Shown here piece by piece: positions 55,361-64,000 of a stretch of 64,000 nucleotides of DNA (positions are counted from its first letter, which is position 1; each line of letters begins with the position of its first letter). A model generated the notes under the pieces. The model was not told the origin of the DNA, did no database searches, and worked only from the letters and a program-made list of their open reading frames with translations. This DNA comes from Octopus vulgaris. Taxonomy: Eukaryota. The stretch is taken from NCBI GenBank assembly GCA_951406725.2, contig OX597825.1:7564001-7628000 (forward strand), read 5' to 3'. The translations under genes and the position numbers were made by a program.

Positions 55361-56747
55361 CACACACACTGTATACATATCCATATACTAACGCACACAC
55401 ACACACATACACACTAAGCTGTTAGGGTGAGATTTAAGGGACATTTGATTGCTAAATATAGCCACAAAAGATATTCGTTAAACCACACCATAGAATCATT
55501 AAAAAAGGAGACACTGGAAAATTTAATCTGAAGAGACAGTCTGTGTAAACACAGGGAAGATGATGCAATATCTTTCAGCATCGTTCCGCTAGGTCTGGGG
55601 CCGAATTGGACCAAAAGCAGAACAAAGAATCCTGCCAACAAAGGAATAGTTATTATTGGATTTTTTGAAATAGTAGCGCAAGCTCATTATAGTCACAGAA
55701 CGTTCAGTAATGAAATGGATCAAGAGGAAAAGATGAGATTAGGATGGTTAATACGCCACTATGCTGGTTAGCTAATATTGTATTCACCAAATATTGAAAT
55801 GAGCATTGGCTATTAGAGTTGATGGCTCCATTCTCGCAAATATTTAAGAAGAATATATGTTTGTATTGTGTCTGTATACTTCCGTGTGTTTGTGTGTGTG
55901 TGTGTGTGTTTGTGTTTGTGTGTGTTATGAGTCGGGATATATACGTTTTGGTATCCACTAAAGAAACGAACGACGAAGTATAAAGCATATGAGAAATGAG
56001 ACGTGTGTCGTCAGGCTGGAAACACATTACGAAAATACCGACAACTAGTGTTTCCGAACAATTCCTATTACACGATCAAAGCAACAGGCTAATGAAATAC
56101 TAACAAATATTATATGTCTCTAAATATTGTTTCACTTTGTTTCGTTTAAGCAGATAGAAATAGTTAGATAAAACCTTGTAGCAGTCAATGGCAATATTAT
56201 TTTCGGAATGTTTGGTGAATGAATTGCCGTTCGGGAATGTCAGATATAACTACACACAGCAGAAAGAAAAACAGACGCGGAACAAATAAAAGTCTCAAGT
56301 ATTTTCAGTTTTGCCCGAGGCAAAGACTGCAAAAATTATTGTTGTACAACGCGTACGTTAAAATATTTGGAATAATAACTGTGCTTTGAAAATATAGGAT
56401 GGGTGGAGACGGCTTAGATGGAAGTGAACTTATAAGGAACGACTCGCTTCGTCTGTCGAAATCTTTGTACAATTAGAAATGCAAGCAAACGCATATGTGC
56501 AACATATCTCTAAATACTGGTAGTTCAGTGTGGTTGTTTACATACACACACACAGTCGCACACACGTACACACGTACAACGATGTAGATAAAAGAACAGA
56601 TGTATATGCGTGTATGCAGATTTAAATAAAACGTGCGCACGCATACATGCCCCGTAGTTATCATTCTACTGCGTTGTAGTTTCTCTGGTGTACTTGGAAG
56701 TGATTTCATTCATTGATTCATTCAGGTGTAGCGTGTGTGTATATAAT

Positions 56748-56793
<46 letters not shown>

Positions 56794-56831
56794 CATACAT
56801 ATATACATATGTATATGTACATATATATATT

Positions 56832-56881
<50 letters not shown>

Positions 56882-56893
56882 TATGTATATATG

Positions 56894-56928
<35 letters not shown>

Positions 56929-56960
56929 GCATATATATACATATATATCTATATACATAA

Positions 56961-56998
<38 letters not shown>

Positions 56999-58093
56999 TC
57001 ATATATACATATATGTGTGTGTAAGTATAAACATATATATGCAGAGACTCCTTCATATAATCACACACACAACACATATATATATAGACACACAGGCACT
57101 TACACTAACATATATAATTATGTAAGCACGTACACTCAAAGGCATATGTGCGAGTGTGTGTGTGTGTGTTTGTGCGCGTGTGTGTGTGCATGTTTGGGTA
57201 TACTCGTCTGAAAATGAGAAAGTCATATGAAACTCATTAACTGGATAGAAGTGGAGTCTGAATATTACAAGCTAAATATCATTTTCCGCCATTCTAAATA
57301 TTCCGTCTCGTACTTAAGCAATAAAGAATATTTCAAGAGAAAGGTGAAATTGAAAAGATTAGCTGCCGAAGAGTTGGAACCAATTGGAGTCTAAGAGGAT
57401 TCCTTTTGGTTGGCAGGATTTCTTGTTTCTATATAGGTAAGGAATTTACCATAAATGGTGAGAGAAATCAACATGGAGTAAAAATGAACAGCGGCAAGAT
57501 AACTGTGAAATGCTAGGCAGCCATTTAAAAATAACATACTTCCAGTGAGATGTAAATAATAATAATGATGATGGTGGTGATGATGATGATAATATTAATA
57601 ATAATAATGATAATAATAATGTTGCCAAATACAGGAATAACACCGAGAGTGTTTTGTTTTTGACTTGGTATATATCCAAATTTTTCAATCCAGAAGAGTG
57701 ATCATGCAACACACACACACACATGCACACAATCACAAACACGCACGCACGCATACACAGCCACACGCATGAATGCATGCACGTACGTATACTCACGCAC
57801 GCATACCGCACACACATACAAGCACATATATATATATACTCGTAAGTGCGCATGTGTCTGTCTGTATGCATATACATACAAACATACATATATATACACA
57901 CACACTCATAGACATACATACATATATTGCACATCATCTCACCTGTAAAGTACGGGTGCGACGGGTGTATGATGTGTTGATGTGTCTAAACGATCGTAGT
58001 GGTCCTAACTAGCGGACACTGTTTGTGTTTATGTGTGTGAAAGTGAAAGTACTTTACCAGTAAACTACCAGATATAAACCATTCGTTTTATTA

Positions 58094-58153
<60 letters not shown>

Positions 58154-59366
58154 CTACATATATGTATGTATATATATGTATGTATATGTAAATGTTTGCG
58201 CGAGTCGGAAGCAAAATGGAACTCAATAACCATTATAAGAGTTACGAGGATTGGAAAAATGAGTGGGCCGGACGTGCCGTATTTTTGGGGAACGAAACAA
58301 CGTAGTTTCAAAGATCCTGAAGCCATTTCAGCTGCGATAGAAAAGTCGGAAATGGAAGTGGATGGAGCGCGTCCGTAAGTGTTTACGTATGCAGATATAC
58401 ACACATAGATATGCATGTATATATATATATATTAATACAAACACACAGACACATACATACATATATATATATATACATATATAAATATGCATGTATTGGG
58501 AATGAGTACCAATGTTCCCTTGTGGTAGGCTTACATTGTTTCAGGTAAAGACCTCTCTTAACAAGAGACCATTGATAGCCTTCTTAACCCACCAATAAAG
58601 TGTGTATAAGTATATATATATACGTATTCGTATATAACTACATATATATATATATATGTATGTATGTATGTATACAGATTTGGACAAATAAACACATGGA
58701 CATGTATTCATTTATATCTGCATAGTGTAAATATGTATATGTTATATAGATGGAAGTTTATGTGTTTGAATATATTTTTATACAATTTCTAATTTCAATC
58801 TGTTTAACAAATTTTGTTTTTATATTTCTGTATGTATCGTGCGGATGTACGTGTATCTCTCTATAGCCGTGTATTTGTCTACATACATGTGTGTGTATGT
58901 GTGTTTGTTTGTGTATAAATATTTACATATAAACACACACATACCTAAGATTATTAGATATGTGTACTGTTTTGTATCTGTCTCTGTTTGTGTGGCTTTA
59001 TGTGTGTCAGTGTATCCGTGCATTCGCGAGTGTGCATGGCTATATCTGTATATGACTGTATGTTTGTTTATCTGTGATGTTGTTTGAGTCAACTTATAAA
59101 AAAAACATTACACCTCACAATTCAAACAATCAGTTACCGTATATAAACTTGCGTTTCTCTTTCGGTATTCGTGTATGTGTTTCTTTGTGTTTATATGTGT
59201 GTGTGTGTGTTTCTATGTGTATACTTATCAGTGTATAAGTCTAACGTATATTATGAGTGAATATGTGGAGCGTATGTTCCATGCGTGTTTATGTCCATAC
59301 GTAAGTAATTTATTTACCACACATAAGTGCGTACACACATACACTACTACATTTTACCTACTTATA

Positions 59367-59456
<90 letters not shown>

Positions 59457-59460
<4 letters not shown>

Positions 59461-59681
59461 GTTGTCCGGAAAGTTCATGCCGATTTACAGTAGCTTACCT
59501 TTCGGCTTACCCTCCCAGGAACCTCAATTCTAGGAACAGGGTATTTTCAAGTTAAAGGAAAGATGGAAACGCATTTTGCAACAAAATGATTCATATTTGG
59601 TTGATTAAAACTGTAACGGCAAGTACTTATTGGCCTTTTTCTTTCCTTTAAGAATCGGCACGAACTTTCCGGACAACCCAA
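59457..59681 (+). mobile_element. Mariner-derived MITE (deletion derivative)
   Basis: 29-bp TIRs TTGGGTTGTCCGGAAAGTTCATGCCGATT and AATCGGCACGAACTTTCCGGACAACCCAA with TA flanks. Retains a mariner C-terminus, EQGIFKLKERWKRILQQNDSYLVD*. Confidence 0.9.
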
Positions 59682-59762
59682 TATATATACATATACATAC
59701 ACATATGCATATATATATATATATATATATAGGTTTATTATAGTGATTTGAAATTTTAACAC

Positions 59763-59924
59763 ATGGGTAGCAAGTTTGGGGTAGGAATTAAGTCGATTAC
59801 ATCGACCCCAGTTTACAACTGGTACTTATTTTTTCGACCCTGAAATGAAGAAAGGCAAAGTCGCCCTTGACAGAACTTGAATATTTCGCTCTACGTGCAA
59901 ACGATTCTCCTAGCTCGCTACCTT
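59763..59924 (-). mobile_element. SINE family B, degenerate
   Basis: ttaagtcgattacatcgaccccag...ctggtacttattt...aaaggcaaagtcg. Confidence 0.7.
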
Positions 59925-60625
59925 ATAAGGGGTTAATATTAATTTCAAAAGTAGACTCCAAGGTCGTACTTTTGCAGTATAATTTAGTCGGCCCTAGTAT
60001 TTGACTGGTACGTTGTTTTATCAATGAAGCAAACCAAAATGGCCCTACAAGGGTAGCTAAATACCGCAAGGCATTTTCTCGCACACCCCAACGAGTGTTC
60101 CAAATTTCTTCTCTGGTTTTCCCTTCTAATATTCCTCGCATCAGTATGCCACCTGCTAATTAAAGTATTCCAAGTGTATGCCATTAATTCCTTGTCCTTA
60201 TATGTCAGCAGGGAAATATATGATGACACGATAAACATTACAGGATGAAACATGCCAGCTCAGTAATTGAACCAGTCATAGATGATGTATTACAATGTCA
60301 ATGTTAAGATGTGTGAATCACTATTAAAGACAGGCCTTCGTCGGGGAAGAGGAAAACTGCGAGATCCTGTTACTATGTTTACATGTCAAGCAACAGCAAC
60401 GGGCATATGTTTCCTAGCAGGTTGTGATTTTTCTATTTAAAATTGCTGTATATAAACCATTAGCTATACATACATATATGATTGCGTTCACATGTACATG
60501 CTGACGGACATACAGATTGATAGATATGAGTGTCTATGTATAGATGCAATGCATATACGCTATATATAGGTAAATTCCAGGTTGACAGCTTAGAATTCAA
60601 TATGATTCTGTATTACAAGTATTAG

Positions 60626-60996
60626 AACGCGGAGAGCTGGCAGAAACGTTAGCACGCCGGGCGAAATGCTTAGTGGTATTTCGTCAGTCTTTACGTTCTG
60701 AGTACAAATTCCGCCGAGGTCGACTTTGTCTTTCGTCCTTTCGGGGTCGATTAATTAAGTACCAGTTACGCACTGGGGTCGATATAATCGACTTAATCCG
60801 TTTGTCTGTCCTTGTATGTCCTCTCTGTGTTTAGCTCCTTGTGGGTAGTAAAGAAATAGGAATTTCGTCAGTCTTTACATTCTGAGTTCAAATCCCGCTG
60901 AGGTCGATAAATTAAGTACCAGTTGCGTACTGGTGTCGATTTAATCGACTGGCCCCTTCCCCCAAAATTTCGAGCTTTGTGCCTAGAGTAAAAAAG
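60626..60996 (+). mobile_element. SINE family B dimer
   Basis: Full long-tail unit to 60860, then head-truncated short-tail unit. Confidence 0.85.
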
Positions 60997-61412
60997 TATA
61001 TTACTAGCATTTCGCCGGGCAAATGCTGTCGTCCAAAAAGAAACTTATTCTTATTTTATTTAGTATGTATAAATAGATATCTGCCTGCAGATATAATCAT
61101 TATTATATACTAGGTGTTTATAAACATACACACACACATGTATGTATATATAAATAAAATGTAATGTTTCTTGCCACTTCAACATGTCTCTTCCATACGG
61201 AACTGTCTGTCTTTTGTTTTCAGTACATTTGAACCATATGTGTATGTATGTGTGCGTGTGGGTGTTTTTCTCTCTGTCTGTTTGTGCGCGTATGCTCTAA
61301 TAGAAAGCTGGAATTGAAGATTTATTCAATTGCTTTATGGCTTTGTTGACAATAACAAAGCGAGGAAGTTATGAATAAGAACATTGATAACTTATTCAAT
61401 GACAATAATAAC

Positions 61413-61471
<59 letters not shown>

Positions 61472-61473
<2 letters not shown>

Positions 61474-62030
61474 GCCTTGATGCCTTACCAGGCAGTAGCT
61501 CTCAGGGCTTCTCAACTTAACTGATTGGAAGTTTTAACATGTACATTGTTTTGTCTTGGTATAAAAAGATGGGCTACAGCAAATATTCTGCTCAATACCA
61601 CAGATTTGCTTGTCAGTTGTTTGACCTTAACCAGTTGAGCATGTCCCTTAGTGGTTGATGATATGTGCATCTCTAACCACGAGCAAAAGCAGTCGGGGAG
61701 CATCATAGCCATGTGTTGAGAAGAATTCTTTGGGGTTTGAATAATTCACCTCTGGAAACATGGGTTGTTCGTTCAACATCCTTAAACAATCCTTATTCAG
61801 GGACCTTTTGGGCAGGATGGGTTACTCGACCAGAAGAAAATTCTAACTGGGCCCCAACTGCAATGTCATGCGCTGTTTATCTTGATATAAGATCACCATG
61901 TCACGCACATATGGTAGTGATGCATATGCCTGGTGTACCCTTATCAGACGGGTAGTCATGATGGGTATACTGGGCTTCGTATATTTTACCCCAGTGTCAC
62001 TTTGATGGCATGCACTGCTCTCTCACTCAA
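61472..62030. mobile_element. Unclassified insert of about 560 bp between (AAT)n tracts
   Basis: Complex, GC-richer sequence with sharp (AAT)n and (AAT/AAC)n borders; no recognisable ORF. Confidence 0.45.
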
Positions 62031-62053
62031 TACATAATAATAATAATAATAAT

Positions 62054-62088
<35 letters not shown>

Positions 62089-62931
62089 CGACGACAACAA
62101 TAATTATAAGCATAAACCTTGCAGATGACATTCCAGGCGGTATTAACACATAACATGTTAAACATAAATCATCGTCATAAAAACCACTCTGGTTGTTGAC
62201 TTTCATTTTAAGATGAGAGAAAACTGTTTTGAAAGCATCATTAGACAGACTGGAGTGAAAATCCATTGGATTTTATCCACACATCCTTAATTCCATTTAG
62301 TTGAGGCATTTCACAACGAAGTGTTAGGAGACTTATGAATATAATTAATTAATTCCATATCGAATTTCAATAACACAATCGATCGCTGGAGTCGCAAAGG
62401 TAACACAAATATTTCTAATGAAACTGAACTCGACAATTCTTTAAGCCGCGTAATGGTTCAAGAATGTTCCAGAATGTTAGTCCATTACATTGAGTTTCAC
62501 TATTTTGGTACTTATTTTGTCGACTTCGTACGAAGCGAAAGGAAAATAAATGTAAATGGTACGGAAATGGTAGTTGTCTTTTAACGCACCGATTCTCTTA
62601 CATTTCCTCCACAGACACACACAGGTACATTCATATTTACCTGCAGGTTTAGCTAAATGCATATATTTACATGCAAACATACACACACACACGCACGCAC
62701 ACATACATATATCATAGTCAGAGCCTATTATTCCAGCACAATCTCACATATCCATCCTGTCGTGACAAACATAAGAAATCAAAGGAGACCTTTCGCGATA
62801 TCCAAATGAAGACAAGAGTCGAATTTCCCGTATTTTTCTGAATATTCCTCTGGAGAATTTTCGGATATAGCTTCCCATGAAAGGCTTTCACATAGAAAGA
62901 ATTTCTATACGAAATATAAACTCATATATAA

Positions 62932-62984
<53 letters not shown>

Positions 62985-63009
62985 GTATGTATGTGTGTGT
63001 GTGTGTGTG

Positions 63010-63069
<60 letters not shown>

Positions 63070-63072
<3 letters not shown>

Positions 63073-63225
63073 AGAATTCACAAGAAAACAAAAGACGAAG
63101 ACAGGTGATGCAGAATACAAACAGATGTATAAGTATAACGCTTGGGAATTGGAAAACTCTTTAACGTATCGAGCCTACGCTCTTCCACAGAAAGGAACAC
63201 AAAAAGGACAAATCGAGAAAAATGT
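63070..63225 (-). mobile_element. Family Y short element, in (TA)n
   Basis: gggagaattcacaag...aaaagacgaagacagg...gagcctacgctcttccacagaaagg; minus-strand motif CTGTGGA-A-gagc gtag gctc-GATA-cg-TT-aaag. Confidence 0.7.
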
Positions 63226-63372
63226 GTATATATATATATATATGTATATACTGGCTTTGGCTTTCGTTGTCACCTTCCGCTAACTTTGGAATATTCAAAC
63301 TTGCTGCAACAGAAATATCAAAATCACACACACACATACGTCTATACGTACATACATACGTACACCTCTTCA

Positions 63373-63410
<38 letters not shown>

Positions 63411-64000
63411 TATACGTACATACATACGTACACCTTTTCAGACACACACACACACACATACATGCACACACACTGACATATATACAAGAACATAAAAGTG
63501 TATACACATGTACAGATACTCTATACTGCTCATCTCGCTCTCTCTCTCTCTTCTCTCTTTCCTTTTCTCTCTCTTTCTCTTTCTATCGTATATCCTTCCA
63601 CTGTGTTATCTCGCAGACAATAGAAGACGATACGAAAATAAGTGTTCTCGTTTTACATAAAATTTGGACCTTTTTACGATTTTTTTCGCTGATTTGTGTT
63701 TTTGTATCTTGATATATAAAAAAAAAAAATTCCAAGATATAACTTTTCTAAGATTTTTTCTTTGCTTCTCGTTTCAACGCATAAGGAGGTAGAAAAAATG
63801 TCAAGACCAGTGGAATATCGAAAAAATTGCCAAGGTGATGAAAAATGCCTATCTCTTAGAATCGCCATCTGTAGAGAAAAAAAATGGCGTATGACAGTGT
63901 TACGCATAGACAGACACTAACGTATACACACACAGTAAGATGGGAACATATGCCCACATTGACAGAAACAAACGTTCACACACACACACAAACACACACA

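Noticed and set aside
57418-57442. Plus-strand TAG|GTAAGG recursive-site-like motif (also minus-strand TTTACAG|GTGAGA near 57940)
   Set aside because: Weaker pyrimidine tracts. The first overlaps a short sequence repeated in inverted form at about 55618-55647; such matches are expected by chance.
63674-63907. Minus-strand acceptor ttttttttctctacag followed by a short ORF
   Set aside because: The peptide is unrecognisable and A/T-biased, with no matching donor evident.

Overview
AT-rich eukaryotic non-coding DNA, either a large intron or an intergenic stretch. The repeat content strongly suggests a cephalopod (Octopus-like) genome; this is an inference from SINE and microsatellite composition, not a database match. 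I can support no host protein-coding gene, and nearly all ORFs in the track are translations of microsatellites. The window holds dense simple repeats and three tRNA-headed SINE families (called A, B and C here). It also holds a decayed mariner transposase, two mariner-type MITEs, a non-autonomous Helitron, two Helentron-like (HINE/DINE-type) elements, and 3' fragments of an R4/Dong-like and a CR1-like LINE. The most notable signal is about a dozen short elements, mostly in or abutting (TA)n tracts, that carry minimal type I hammerhead ribozyme motifs resembling those of Penelope-like pLTRs and retrozymes. Several are arranged as fold-back inverted repeats, one family shares a CUGUNGA core variant, and one canonical hammerhead sits downstream of a tRNA-like Pol III head. 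A strong minus-strand AG|GTAAGT candidate recursive splice site lies near position 3010. All coordinates and folds were read by eye.
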